NCBI GenBank assembly: GCA_009914755.4
Contig: CP086569.2
Location: 10,080,001 to 10,144,000 of the forward strand
Reading direction: 5' to 3'
Length of the DNA: 64,000 nucleotides
Source: the human T2T-CHM13v2.0 reference genome, Homo sapiens
Shown here: positions 1 to 14,763 of the stretch, piece by piece
Layout of the letters: each line of letters opens with the position of its first letter
How positions within the stretch are numbered: the first letter of the stretch is position 1
The notes under the pieces: generated by a model
Told to the model about the DNA's origin: nothing
Seen by the model: the letters and a program-made list of their open reading frames with translations, nothing else
Database searches by the model: none
Position numbers and translations under genes: made by a program

Positions 1-72
1 GGAGCAAAAAGACTTTGGTCGGCTGGTGGTGTTCCAGGTTTTGTGTCATGGGCTTGTTGTAAAATCTGAGGT

Positions 73-2307
73 TGTTTGCACTTTGTGGGAGGCTTTTGGT
101 TCCTCTGGCAGAAATCTTTGAACATTTCTGGAAATCCAGGACAAGTCCACTCATTCTCACAGGTGAGCCTTGATTTTTCTTTGCTTTCATGCTGGGCCCA
201 CATTGCCCCTCAGCAGAAATACTGGCCACCATTTTCAGGCTTGCAATTGCCAAAAACGGCCTCTGAGACAATTTCACAGTATCAACTGCACCCATGACAC
301 TCCAGTTCGGTGTAAGAACTTCTTGATATTGGACCTACCTTTTTCATGTTTCCTGCCTTTTGCAGAGAGCCCCTGTGAGGACCATGATGAAGGGAAGCAA
401 TGAGATCAAGGGACTGGCTATATTTTACTGACACTCATTTTTGGTGTCTCAGGTATAATTCCATTACACAAAAATCCTTTAACAACTCACCAGACTATAT
501 TCCAATTTAGATGGGTCCTGATTCTTGCACAAAGGCTCTTTCAGGAATGGAGTCAGAAGAGCTCTCCTAAGCAACCACCTCACAGTCTTGAAACGCGTCC
601 TCCTCCAGTGGTACCCAAAGATGCAGACATCCCAAAGGGGTTCTAAGGTAGAGAATTTTAATGCTAGTCTCAGGACACTAGGGCTTAGATCTGAGCTCTG
701 GTTAGAGTCACAATGAATGTCACATTTGCCCAGCGACAAGTCCCTGTGACTTGGCTGAGGAGGATACCTTTGTGGAGGTGCATCAGCAGTGGACTCTCAC
801 TTTTATTCCCTGTGGAAGCCTCGGGATAGTCCCACGATCCTAGGAGAGGGCAGACATGAACCAGCCTAAAGAAACATCAGGCATAGCCCCAGGAATAAAC
901 CACAAAATTGCTAAGGATCCAAAAGGAACTGCAGGATTTTTTAGGACTGGCTAGATGCTGTATTGGTTAGTCTTTCTGAAACTTGCCCCACCGTGCTTCC
1001 CAGGTAAAGCCTGCCAGTATGCCCTGGGGTTGCTCTCTGCCAGGGTAAGTTTCTTGCACAACCACGAAGCCTCAGGAGCTGCCAGCCTGTGTGTTTCTGT
1101 TGGAGTGTTGTGAGTGTTGGAGGCCTGCATGTGTGTGGCATTTTGTGTGTGTGTGTGTTTGTGTGTGTGTGTCTGTAAGTGGAGAGTGCTTAAATGAATG
1201 TGGCTAACACAATTCAGGGCTAGTTTTTTGAGTCTCCAACCCTTTTGGCTCTGCTTGAGCCACATCATAAGTCTCAGTGAATTGAGAGGCAGGCCATAAC
1301 CCACCCATGTCCAAATAATCTCCCCCTACAAAGCACAAAGCCATTCTTCTAGAAACAAGAGGAGCACACCACACAAAAACATAGATATCTTTAGTGTTTC
1401 ATTGTTATGTGGCCAACCCAGACAGAGACAGTAGCAGTCTTGTTTTCAGGGCCCCTTCAATTTACCTGAAATTCAGTCCCCAGCTTAGCAAGTGCTTCAC
1501 GTCCTGAGGGGGCACTCCTCCATCATTTTGGGATTTTATTTTGGGACACAGAGTATAAGCAGCCATAACATCGGATAGGGGTGAGAATTCAATCAGGTGA
1601 AGGTTGTCACCTGAAGACAGGTGACTCAGAAGGTACTTCCAACACCATCCCCACATTCCCTTAGTTGAAGAAGCAGTCCACACCATGGCTCAGTGTTCAG
1701 GTGAGTGTACAAGCTGGGGCCATCCTGGCAAACTTCCGATTTGAGGGCTTTCATACCCGGAACAAAATGGAAGTGGAATAAATTCATGCTAGGTGGAATG
1801 TGGCCTCCACACTTGCCTCATCTTTTCCTGACTTCCATGTTCCTCACTGGCCTACAGTTTCCTGGGTCTGGTTCAATGACTTCCAACACAGAACATTTCC
1901 CAGTTCACAAAGAACAACCCTCACGGTGATCCACTGTGTGAGTGTTTCCTTCTAAACACCATCACGTTTTAATGACTGAGCTGCTTTGATACTTTTAAAA
2001 CAGTAAATTCCTGTTACAGCCACCAAAAAGCAAACTCTTCCTCTCCCACTCCTATCAAAGGGCTGCATGACTTCTGCAGGGTGAGAAGCAGGCATTCATG
2101 TCTGGCTTTTGTCTGGTAGTCTATCTTCTGTTTCATTTCATCTGCCTGGTTTCCTTATTGTGGAGGGGCTCTTTCATTCAGCTGTTTTTCAGTAGGACTG
2201 CCTCTCTACACAGATAATTTAGTTACCAGGATTTCAGAGAGGAAAAGGGACTTCAGGTAGGCTGGCTGCACTCCAGGTTCTGGGTCATTGTCTCATTTGG
2301 GGGGCTG
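73..2307. repeat. Macrosatellite unit 1 (2235 bp). It has a ~200 bp internal deletion near 672, between the short direct repeats 'tagtgtc' and 'tagtctc'.
   Basis: Phase defined by the 'tgtttgcactttg' landmark. It lacks the 'ggcaggctgacagctctgacag' block that the other units have. Confidence 0.75.
1144..1172. repeat. (GT)n microsatellite in unit 1, the unit-internal Z-DNA-prone block
   Basis: Direct read: gtgtgtgtgtgtttgtgtgtgtgtgtctg. Confidence 0.9.
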
Positions 2308-3439
2308 AAGTTCCTTCCACTTTACAGGAGGCATTTGGATCCTCTGACAGGAATCATTGAACATTGCTTGGACTCCAGCACAAGGCAGCTCATTCTAGAG
2401 AGATGAGGTTTTATTTTTCTTTGCTTTCATGGGGAATCTACAGTACCCCTAAACAGCAGTACTGACACAACTTTTTATCCTTGCCATGCCATAAATGGCC
2501 TTTGACACACTGTCTCAACCTCATCTGCACCCATGAGTGGTCAGTCCAAGGTGTGAGAACAGTGCTCCACCTTGGACTTGCCTTTGTCTTAGGTCCAGAC
2601 TTTCCCAGAGAGCCCCTGTGAGGCCCAAAATGAAGGGAGGAAGTGAGGTCAAGGGCCCAACTATCTTTCACTGACCCCAGCTTCTGGGGTCTCAGGTATG
2701 ATTCTATCATCCAAATAACCCTCAACAACACAGCAAACTATATTTGCATCCCCATCATACCCGATTCTTGCACATAGCCTCTTTTGAGACTGGAGTCAGA
2801 TGAGCAGTTTCCAGCGATCAGCTCACATTCTTGAAACGCCTCCTTCTCCAGCATGACATGGCCATGGAGATGCCATGAAGGGGCCCTGAGGTCCCCACTT
2901 ATGGTCCCACAGTGGGATTTCACAGGCAGCCTTTTTTCTCGCTACCAGGCTGCACTGCCTGTACCATTTTACTCTGCTTAAGCAGGCTGACAGCTCTGAC
3001 AGACAGGAAACATAGGCTGCCACAGGAATGGGCATGCACTACTCTCAGGGCACCAGGCCTGATTGTGAGCTCTGGCTAGCATCACAATGAGTGTAACCAT
3101 TGCCTAGCAACAAGTTCCTGTGGCTTGGTGGAGAAGAAGACCTCCGTGGAGTTGTGTCAAAGGTGGACTCTCACCTGTCTTCACTGTGGGATCCATGGTA
3201 TTGTTCCATGATCCTAGGAGAGGGCAGATGTGAGCCAGCCTGAAGAAACCTCAAGTAAAGTTCCAGCAATAAACCATGAAATCCCTAATAATAAAAAATG
3301 ATCTTCAGGATTCCTCATTCAACCTAGACATTGTAGGGGTGAGCCTTTTTGAAACTTACCCCACTGTGATTTCTAGGTAGAGCCAGGCTGTTTTCCCTGG
3401 GGTTGCTGTCTCCCAGGTGGGGGCTTCTTGCAGAACCAG

Positions 3440-6400
3440 TCAACCCCATTGCTGCATTCCTTTGTAGCAGGACAAGCCATGAACAAAACCCCTCAGACAC
3501 TGGATTAAAGAAGAAAGTGGCTTTATTCAGCTGGGAGTGTTGGCAGACTCCTGTCTCAGGAACTGAGCTCCTGGAAGAAACAGTTCCTGTCCCTTTTAAG
3601 TGCTTACAACTTTAAGGGGTTACACGTGAAAGGGTTGTAATAGATTGAGATCTAGAGATAGCACGTGTGGTTAGAGTGGTGGGTTAAACTTTTAACCTCA
3701 GGCCTGTTCATTAGTGGCACCAGCTGGTCTTGTCAATGATTTCATTCCTGATGTTTTTCAGCTTTTACTTCCTCCTTCTATTCAGAGAACAGGGGACAGT
3801 AAGAGAAATAGCCTTCCTCCTCATCCCCCTCTTTGAGAGCTGCACTCACTAGTGAGAGTTCTCTTTCTCATCTTCATTACCCAGGTCTTTCTGCAAAACA
3901 GATTGATAGTGATTTATGTAATGCACTTGTGCTGTGGTCTTTTGATGAACTAAGGTGGTAAAAGTACAGGTACCATACAGGGAGTAAACACTGGCTTGGG
4001 AGAGTGCCTGTGGACCTTCCCTTAGACTAAAATATTTACTTGGGGATCCAGTCCATTTCCATTGATTCTTAGAATTACATACTCTCCTGTTTTCCGACAG
4101 GGATCAAGTAGTTATAATGGGTTTTCCCACATCAGGCTGGTTACTTCCTGGGCTGCATACCTTGTGCAGGGTGGCGTTATACAAAGTCATCCCTTTTAAA
4201 GTTGCAATACATTCATAATAACTATAAAACAAAAAGACTGCTTTAACTTTTTTCCCTACCTCAGTAACTTGAACAGTCCTCAGTCTGAGGAAGGTCAGTT
4301 GAAGTCCTTACTGTACACATCCAAAATTTAAGAAAAGTGAGTCCTACAATGAGTTTCCTCATGTTTTGGCCATGCGTGGACCAGTCAGCTCCTGGGTATG
4401 ACTGGAGTAGGGCTTGTCATCTTCTTCAAAGTCACCTTGGAGGTGTTATCTGGGCTTGGTCTCTCCTCCCAGGTCTCAGGTGCTGCAGTTTTAGGTGGCT
4501 ATGATGGATCCACGCTAGAATTTTCTCTACATTTGTGGCTGTGGGAGTGGTCAAGACGAAGGCCTGGTGTCCTTTCCACCTGTGGCCACAAGGGGGCTAC
4601 TTTCCGATCCGGGATCCACACCCGATCATCTGGGAAGAAAGTCATTTACCCTGGCTGAAATTGTTTCTGTAATTTTCCCTAGAGCCTGTAATTGTTGCTG
4701 TAACTCAATTTTACCTAGCTCTCAATGAGTGCCTAGGAGTCCCCGTAGTATGGGAGGGGGCCTATGATATAATATTTCATAAGGTGAATATCCTGTTCTT
4801 TTAGAAGGAATACATTTAATCTTAAACAATACCTTAGGGAGAGCTTGTGCCGGCTTTAATCCTCTTTCTTGACACACTTTTTCTAAACTATTTTTGATAG
4901 TCCAGTTCATCTGCTTCACCTTTCCGCAACTCTACGGTCAATAAGCAGTATGTAGTTTCCATGTCATTTCCAATACCTTTGCTGCCTTTTGTACCAAGTC
5001 AGCAACAAATGATGGCATGTTGTCTGAGCTCATTCATAAGGGCAGTCTAAACCTAGGGATGACATCTTGGAGAAGCACATAGTGTACTTCACGAGCTTTC
5101 TAAGTTTTTGTTGGATAGGCCACCACCCACCCAGAGTATGTACACACTAGAACTAGCAAATACTTGTTACCTCTACATTTGGATATCTTGGTGAAGTCTA
5201 CTTGGATGTTTTCAAAGCGGGCTAATCCATAAGCTTGTATGTTGGGCAAGACGGTTAGACCTTGCCTAGCATTTTTCTGTGGAAAGGTGACACACTGAGT
5301 TTTGGTCTAGGTGGGTGGTCTCATGCACAGCCAGTACCACTGTGGCTACTAGTAGTTGTGACATGGCTATTCTTCCATCAAATAACAGAATCTTTCCCTC
5401 TTCTATCACATGCCCTCCCTCTGCTTGGAGAAAGTCTTTCTTTTCTTTAGAATAAATAGGTACAAGGTCAGGTACCTGATGGAGCAACAGGATTGTGACT
5501 GATGCCCCATAGTGGGTGGATGCTGCTTTCCGAGACTCTGAGTCAGCTCGGGAGTTCTCCAAGGCAATCGAGTGGAAGTTTGCTTGTTTCCTCTGCAGTG
5601 TATGACTGCTTTTCTTGTAGATTGACAAGCTACTCCCATCCATGTACAGCTCCAAATCTACTGATGCCCAAGAATGGTCTCAATGGGGAGTCTGCTAAAA
5701 TAAACTGTGTCCAACACCTCTACACAGTTATGTTCACCTGGGCTCTCTGACACCAGTAAGGTGTATGTAAGGTGGTGGAGTTCAAGGTGTTGCAGACTTC
5801 AATGATTATGTGGGGATTTTCACAGAGCAAGCTTTGGTAGCTACTTACCCTTGCATTCATTAGCCAATGATGTCCTTTGGTATTCATTAATAACACCACA
5901 GCATGGGGAGACTTTATGTTCAGGTTTTGCCCAAGAGTTAGTTTATCCACTTCTTGTGCTAGCAGGGCAGTTGCTGCCAAGGCCTTCAAACATGGGGGCC
6001 AACCTTTAGAAACTCCATCTAGCTGTTTGGAGAAGTAGGCTACCAATCTTGGCCAGGGCCACACTGTGTGGGTAAAAACTCCAGCTACCATTTTTCTCTC
6101 TCTGACACATATAGTGTAAATGGCTTTGTGAGGTCAGGCAGCCCCAGAGCTGGGGCTGATGTAAGTTTCTCTTTTAATTCATGAAAAGCTCATTACTGTT
6201 GGGACTCCCATTCAAAATTCTCTCTGTTACCTCCCTTTGTGACTTCCTACAGTACTGAAAATACAGCTCCTAAGAATTCTCTCATCTGCCTTCTGGTTTT
6301 AGTCTCCAGTAGGTTGCAAATGACCTGCTTTCTTTCTGATCCTAGGCTGTGCTCCATTGTAGGATAGTAAATCCCAGATAACATAAATGCTGTCAGCAGA

Positions 6401-7928
6401 TCTGAGCTTTCTTTGGACACCTCATACCCGCAGTCCCCCAGGTGCCAGAGCAGGGTATCCATTCCCTTGGGGCACCCGATTACTGTTGGGTGTCCCTGCA
6501 GGAGGTCATCAACAGACTGGAGCAAAAAACAGTCTAGGTCTCTGTGGGAAACTTCTGGAAGTCCCGAGCCAGTACCTTCCCAAAGATAGTGGGGGAGTTA
6601 TTGAACCCTTGGGGAAGCAAGGTCCAAGTGTACTGAGTGGTGACACCTGGCCCCGCATCTTCCCACTCAAAGGCAAAGAGTTTCTGGTTCTCAAGGGCTA
6701 GGCTGATGCTAATGAAGGCATCCTTCAGCTGTCCTCAGCTGGCAGCAACCCCAACAATTTGTAGGAGTTAGGTACAACTGGGGCAAAGTCACTGTAGCTT
6801 GGATGACTGAATACAACTCCAGTACTGGCCTGTAGTCCTTGATCCCTGGCTTTGGAACAGACAGGCAGGGAGTGTTCCATGGATACTAACAAGGGACTAT
6901 AATTCCAAGGGCCCTCAGGTGCTTGAGATGGACCTGGGTACCTTCAAGAGCTTCTCTGGGGACTAGGGACTGTTTTTTCCTGGCTGGCTGGGCCATAGGC
7001 TTATCTCCTATGAGTAAGAGGGCCTAGTTAATTGCCAATCCTGGAGGGTTCTTTTCTGCCCACACTTTTGGCCATCACTTAGCCAGAGCTGGTCTTACAT
7101 CTTAGCTTAACTGAATTAAGAGGCATCTCCATTCCTTCTCGCTAGGAACAATAAGGGCCATGATGACTCTCCTTCCAAGTAACTTTAACTGTAAAGAGCT
7201 GTGTTTTGTAAAAGAGATGGTGGCTCTCAGCTTGCTAAGTAAGTCCTTCCTACCAAAGGCAAGGGGCAGTCAAGCATGTACAGGAAGTGGTGAATCACTT
7301 AATGACCCCCCCATCCCCTAAAGTGCAGGTCTAGGGCAAACAGAAAGCTTACTTTGTCAGGACCCCTGTGTATCTGATTATATTACTAGTCTTTGTGGAA
7401 AAGAGGGCGACCAGGATGGTTACTACTGCACATCAGCCCGGACCCCCACAGTCCAATAACACTTCTGCTAGATTGAATAAGTCCCCTTCATCTTTGTCTG
7501 AGGACTCCTGCTCAGAGTCACCTTATTTCCCTTTCAATCTGGGGCACTTGTCCTTCCAATGCCCTATTTCCTTACAGCAAGGACACTGGTTACACAGCAA
7601 GCATGGATGACCAGACTGGGTATTTTTCCTAGGGCCCCCCTTCTCTCACCACTTTGGGGGGGCCCCTCTAATAGCCGCAGCTAGAAGGTCAACGTTTCAC
7701 CAGGCTCGGCATTCACTCTCTCTGAGGTTCCCTCTGCAGCTTACTGCATCTCTATTTACAAACTTCTGGTGGGCTATCTCCAATACTGTGAATTATTCAT
7801 GCCTGCAAACCCAGTCTGTTTCTGCCATTGTCTTCTAATGTCTTCTATACTTTAAGTAACTAAAGCCATGTTAATCATGTGCTGATATTGAGGGCTATTG
7901 GGATCAAAGGGAGTATATTGGGATCAAA
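3440..7928 (-). mobile_element. Gammaretrovirus-like (ERV class I) partial provirus, 5'-truncated. It retains the gag NC zinc knuckle, degenerate pol (RT, RNase H, IN) and a probable 3' LTR; env is essentially absent. It is inserted in macrosatellite unit 2.
   Basis: Minus-strand translations match MLV-type pol. ORF 6247-6525 reads '...LQSVDDLL...KTRRQMREFLG' (the RT YVDDLL and QLREFLG motifs). ORF 5720-6091 reads 'WPWPRLVAYFSKQLD...GWPPCLKALAA' (compare MLV '[30 protein letters not shown]'). ORF 5266-5655 reads 'YMDGSS...' (RNase H). ORF 4722-4919 reads 'TGYSPYEILYHRPPPIL' (IN; compare MLV 'TGLTPYEILYGAPPPLV'). A CCHC knuckle 'CKEIGHWKGQ' is encoded near 7536-7600. An LTR-like R region with 'gctgaataaagcc' (minus strand) lies near 3500. 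Confidence 0.8.
4400..6990 (-). pseudogene. ERV class I pol remnant (RT, RNase H and integrase), with multiple frameshifts and stops
   Basis: The four minus-strand ORFs listed above are broken by frame changes, so no continuous pol ORF exists. Confidence 0.75.
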
Positions 7929-9792
7929 GGGTCCCACAGTGGGTGTTCATAGGCAGCTTTTTCATAATACCAGGATGGCTCTGTCTGTACAATTTCCCTC
8001 TGCTTAGGCAGGCTGACAGCTCTGACAGCCTGGAACAAGATGTTGCCTACAGATATGCATGCACTAGTTTGAGGGGACCAGGCCTGATTGTGAGAGTTGG
8101 CTACCATCACAATGAATGTTATCATTGCCTAGAGAAAAGTCCCTGCAGCTTGGTTGAGAAGGAGACCTCTGAGGAGGTGCATCAGCAGTTGACTCAACTG
8201 TCTCCTCTGTGGGATTGTTCCATGATCCTAGGAGAGGGCAGACTTGAGCCAACCTCAAGAAACATCAAACAGAGCCCCAGGAATAAATTGCAAAATCCCT
8301 AAGTTTCCAAGATGACCTGCAGGATTCCTCAGGCTGGCCTAGACATTGTAGGGGTGAGTCTTTTTGAAACTTGTTCTGCTGTGACTTCTTGGTACAGCCC
8401 ACCAGGGTTTTTCAAGGTTGCTGTCTCCCAGGTAAGGCTTCCTGAAGAACGACATAGTGTCAGGCACTGCTGGGTTGTGTGTTTCTGTGAAAGTGTTGGG
8501 AATATCGGATATGTGTGCATGTGAGGCATGGTGTGTTTCTGGCTGTCTATGTGTGTATGAATGTAAGTGGAGTTATCTTAAAGAAATGTGGCTAATGCAC
8601 TTCAGCGCTTTTTTTTAAGTCTCCCCACCTTATGGTCACCTGTCTGTGTGTTTCTGCTTGGGCAGTGGGGCACCGTGTTCTTTATTATTATGTGGATCCA
8701 AAATCCACAGTGAATTGGTATGTGGGCAGGGAACTGCTGGTGTCCAAAACAACTCCCTCTGCAAGAAAAGCCACTGTTCTAGAAAAAAAGAAAAGCACAC
8801 CACACCAAAAGATAGACATCTCCCTGTGTTTCATATTCCTATGGCCAACACAGGAAAAGACACTAGCAGTTCTGTCGGCAGGGCCCCTTAATTTTACCTC
8901 AAATTCTGTTCTGAATTGAGCAGGTGCTTCAAGTCCTAAGGAGGCACACCTCCATTGTCTTGTGATTTTATCCTGGGATATAGAGTGTGAGCAGCAATAA
9001 AGTCAGATGGGGTGAGAATACAATGTGGTGAAAAGTGGATGGGGTCCCACAACTTTACCTGCAAAAAAAGAATAAAGACAGATGACAAAGAAGTTTCTTC
9101 CAACTCCATGCCTGCTTTACCTTAATTGCAAAAGCAGTCCAGACAATGGCTCAGTGTTCAGGTATGAGTATTCCAATGTGCAAGGAACATTTGGAGTGCA
9201 AATTGGGACCATCCTGGCAAACTGCCGATTTGTGGGCTTTAATACCCAAAGTCAAATGTGGGTGGAATGGATTGATGCTGGTTGGATGGGGCTTCCAGAC
9301 ATGCCTCTTTGTTTCATGACTTCCATGATTCTCATTGTTTTAGGGTTTCCTGGGTCTGGCCTAGTGACTACCACACTAAATGTTTCCCAGTTCATGGAGA
9401 ATGACTCTCATGGGAATCCATTGTGTGAATGTTTCCTTCTAAACAGCGTCATGTACTAAGGACTGGGAAGATTTGATACTTTTAAAAATATATATTGATG
9501 TTACAGCTGCCAAAAGAAAACTTGTTCTCTCACATCTATTGGAGGGGCCCATGACTCCTGTAGGATGAGAAGCAGGCTTGTGTGTCAAGTTTTTCCTGGT
9601 AATCTAGAGTCTGTTTCATCATCTGCACAACTTTCTTATTTTGGACGGGCACTTTCATTGAACTGTTGCTGGATGGAACTGCCTTTCACCACAGATTATG
9701 AATCTGCCAGTGATTTCAGACAGCAAAATGACTTTCAATAGGCTGCCTGCACTCCACATTGTGGGTCGTTGTCTCATTGTGGGGGCTGAGGT

Positions 9793-12269
9793 TGTTTGCA
9801 CTTTGTAGGGTGTTTTGGGTCTCCTGACAGGAATCATTGAACATTGCTTGGATTCCAGCACAAGGAAGCTTGTTCTCTCAGGTGAGACTTTTTTTTGGAC
9901 ACCCTTTTCAGGCTTGCCATGACTGCAGATGGTGTCTGAGACACTGTCTAAACCTTATCTGCACCCAAGAGGTGACAATACGGATGTGAGACCATTGCTT
10001 CATATTGGATTTGCCTTTGTGTTGCTTCCTGTATTTCCCAGAAAGCCTCTGTGAGGCACAGCATTAAGGGAAGCTGTGAGGTCAAGAACCCAGCCATCTT
10101 TCACTGACCTCTGCCCTTAGGGTCTTAGGTATGATTCTATCAACAAAGAACCCTTAACACACCATACTATATTGCAATCCCTATGGTACCAGACTGTCGC
10201 AAAGAACATCTTTTGGGAATGAAGTCAGAAGAACAGTTTGCTGTGACCACCTCAGAGTCTCAAAACCCTTCCTCCTCCAGCAAGACCCAACCACAAAAAC
10301 TGTCTAAAGGCGCCCTGAGTTTGAGAATTTTAGTGTCCTGCTCTGGGTTTTTCCAGGCTGCCTTTTTCTTGATACCAGGCTTGCCCTGCCTGTACCATTT
10401 TTTACTGCATAGGCAGGCTGACAGCTCAGACTGACTGATGGCGGAGCCTGCCTCACAAATGTGCATGCGCTAGTCTCACAGCACCAGGCCTGACTGTGAC
10501 CTTTCAGTAGAGTGACAATTAATGTCATTGTTGCCTAATGCCAAGTCCCTGTGAATTGGAGAAGAAGGGCACCTCTATACAGTTTTGTTGCCCATGGACT
10601 CCCACTTGTCTTCTCTGTAAGACAGACAGGACAGTCCCATGATCCCAAGAGAGGGCAGATGTGAGAGTCTGTAGAAACATCAAGCACAATTCCAGAAATA
10701 AATTCTGAAATCCCAAAGGATGCAAAGAAATCTGTAGGATTCTTCAAGCCTGCCTAGGCATTGTAGTTGTGAGTCATTTTGAAACTTGCCCCACTGTGAT
10801 TTATAGGTACATCACGCCTGTGTTCCCCAGGGCGGGGCGGGGAGAGGGGCTCTCTCCCACACTCAAATGTCCTGCAGTACCAGGCAGCCTTAGGAGTTCC
10901 CACGCTGTGTGTTTCTGTGGGAGTGTTGTAAATGTTGGATGTCTGTGTGTGTGTGTGTGAGACATTGTGTGGTTTTGTGTGTGTGTGTATGTGTGTGTGC
11001 CTGTAAGTGGAGTCTGCTTAAATGACTGTGGATAATGCACTTCATTGCTTCTTTTTTTTGAGTCACCAAACCTTTATGTGCCCTGTCTGTGTGGCTTTGC
11101 TTGGACTGCGGGGTCCAGGTTTTCTATTTTTCTGTGGATCATGAATCCACAGTGAATTGGGAGGTGGGCTGATACCTGCCATAGTTTAAATCATGTCCCT
11201 CTGCAAAAAAAGAAAAAAAAAAAGGAGAGAAAAAAAAAGAAAGCCATTCTTCTAGAAAGAAGAGAAGCACACCACACCAAAAAAAAAAATGACATCTAGT
11301 GTTTCATTGTCCTGCAGCCTAACCATGGAGACACTAGCAGTCCTGTTCTTAGGTCCCCTTGAATTTACATTGAATTAGCTTCCCAGATGAGCAGGTGCTT
11401 CATGTCATGAGGGGGTATTCCTTCATCATCTTGAGATTTAATCCTGGGACATAGAGTGTGAGAAGGAATAAGTTCAGATAAGGGTGAGGATAAAATCTGG
11501 TGAGGGGTGGATGGAATCCCAAACTTCACCTGCAAAACAAATGAAGACAGGTAACACAGAAGGTGCTTTCAATTCCATCCCGGTAAATCCTTAATTGCAG
11601 AAGCAGTCCACACCATGGCCAGGGGTCCAGGTGAGAGTGCTCCAACATGCTGTGGATATTAGGAGTGCAAACTGGGGCCATCCTGGCAAACTCCCGATTT
11701 GAGGGCTTTCATACCCATAGCCAAATGGGAGTTGAAGGGATTGAGGCTTGGCGGGATGTGGCCTACAGACTTGCCTCTTCTTTTCCTGATTTTCATGATT
11801 CTTATCATCCTAGGGTTTTCTGGTTCTGGCTCAATGACTTCCACAATAAATGTTATCCAGTTAATGTGGAACGACCCTCAAGGGAATCCATTGCCTGAGT
11901 GTTTCCTTGTAAACACTGTCATATTTTAATGACTGGGCAGTTTTGTTACTTTTAAAACTGTTAATACCCATTAGACCCACAAACAATGAAACTTTGTCTC
12001 CCATTTCTATTGAAGGGCTGCATGATTCTTGGAGGATGAGAAGAAGGCAGCCATGTCTCACTTTTTTTCTGGTAATCTAGCCTCTGTATCACTGCATCTG
12101 CATGGCCATCTCATTGTGGAGGAGCTCTTTCATTGAGATGTTGCTCGATAGGACTGCCTCCAGCAACAGATTATTTAGCTGTCAGGAATTTCAGAAAGCA
12201 AAAGAGACTCTGTGTAGGCTGGCTGCATTCCAGGTTATGGGTCATTTTCTCCTTGTAGGGGCTGTGGTG
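9793..12269. repeat. Macrosatellite unit 3 (2477 bp), apparently intact
   Basis: All landmark blocks are present in canonical order. Confidence 0.8.
10943..11000. repeat. (GT)n microsatellite in unit 3
   Basis: Direct read. Confidence 0.9.
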
Positions 12270-13732
12270 GTTTTAACTTTGCAAGATAATTTTGGGTCCT
12301 GTAACAGTAATCATTGAACATTGCTTGGACTACAGAAAAACGTACCTCATTCTGTCAGGTGAGTCTTGAGTTTTGTTTGCTTTCATGGGGAATCCACAGT
12401 ACTCCTCAACAGTACTATTGGACATGCTTTTCAGGCTTGCCACGGTCACAAATGGACTCTGAGACACTCACGCTCATTTGCATCTGTAAAAGGCCAGTTT
12501 AACTTGTGAGATCACTGCTCCACATTGGACTTGCATTTGTCTTGGTTTCTGCTTTTTTCAGATAGCCCCTGTGAAGTCCAGGATCAAGGAAGGCATTGAG
12601 GTCAAGAGCCCAGCCATCATTTGCTGAAACCCACCTCTGGGGTCTCAGGTATGATTCTATCACCCAAAGAACCCTCTACAATACAACAAACTGTATTTCA
12701 ATCCACAAGGGACCCGATTCTTGCACACAGCCTCTTTCTGGAATGGAGTCAGAAAAGCAGTTTCTAGTGACAAACTCATAGCCTCAAAACATCTCCTCCT
12801 CCATAGGGGCCTGATCATGGAGATGATCTGAAGGGGACCTGAGGTCTAGATTTTAGTGTCCCACAGTGGGTTTTCATAGGCAGCCTATTTCGCGACATTC
12901 GGCCAGATCTGACTGTGCCAATTTCCTCTGCTTAGGCAGGCTGACCAATATGACAGCCAGGGGCCATAGCCTGCCTCACAAATGTGCATGTGCTAGTCTC
13001 AGAGCACCTGGCCTGATGATGAGCTCTCACTAGTGTCACAATGAATGTCATCATTGCCTAGCAAAAAGTCCCTGTGGCTTTGCAGACATAGAGACCTCCG
13101 TGGAGATGGGTCAGCAGTGGACTCTCACCTGTCTTCTAGGTGGGATCCACTGGATTATTTCATTGTCCTAGGAAAGGCCAGACATGAGCCAGCATGAAGA
13201 AACATCAAGCAGAACCCTAGGAATAAAATGCAAAATCCCTATGGATCCAAGAAAATCTGCAGGATTCCTCAGGCCTCACTAGACGTTGTAGGAGTAAGTC
13301 TTTTTGAAAATTGTCCTACTGTGATTTCTAGGGACTGCCTGCCTGTGTTTCTCAGGGTTGTTCTTTCCCAGGTGGGTCTTCCTGCAGAACCACACAGTGT
13401 CAGGAGACGCCAGGTGAAGTGTTTCTGTGAGAATGTTGTGAATGTTTGATGTGTGAGGTATTGTGTGTTTCTGTCTTTGTGTGTGTGTGTGTTCCTGTAA
13501 GTGGAGTCTGCTTAAAGGAATGTGGCTAACGCACTCCAGTGCTTCTTTTTATTGTGTCTCTCCACCTTTTGGTGGTCTATGTGGCTCTGCATGGATGGCA
13601 AGGCTCCATGTTCTTTATTTTTATGTGTATAATAAATCCCCAGTGAATTTGGAGGTGGGCTGGGAACCGCCGGCATCCAAATCAACCACCTCTGCAAAAA
13701 AAGTCACTGTTTTACAAATAAGGGGAGCCCTT

Positions 13733-14763
<1,031 letters not shown>

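Larger units (their letters stand above)
2308..9792. repeat. Macrosatellite unit 2, interrupted by an ERV class I fragment (3440-7928). About 550 bp of unit sequence is duplicated on either side of the insertion.
   Basis: The unit resumes at 7929 ('gtcccacagtgggtg...ggcaggctgacagctctgacag') at an offset about 550 bp upstream of where it broke off at 3440 ('cttgcagaaccag'). Confidence 0.75.

Noticed and set aside
1690-1720. tRNA-like A box 'tggctcagtgttc' recurring in every unit, as a Pol III gene
   Set aside because: There is no matching B box (GGTTCGANTCC) at the appropriate spacing and no cloverleaf-compatible sequence. The motif is part of a conserved exon-like block ending in a GT donor.
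3440-4400. Intact env gene in the ERV class I fragment
   Set aside because: Only about 350 bp lies between the end of pol (IN C-terminus, about 4400) and the LTR-like region. No env-length ORF exists on the minus strand.
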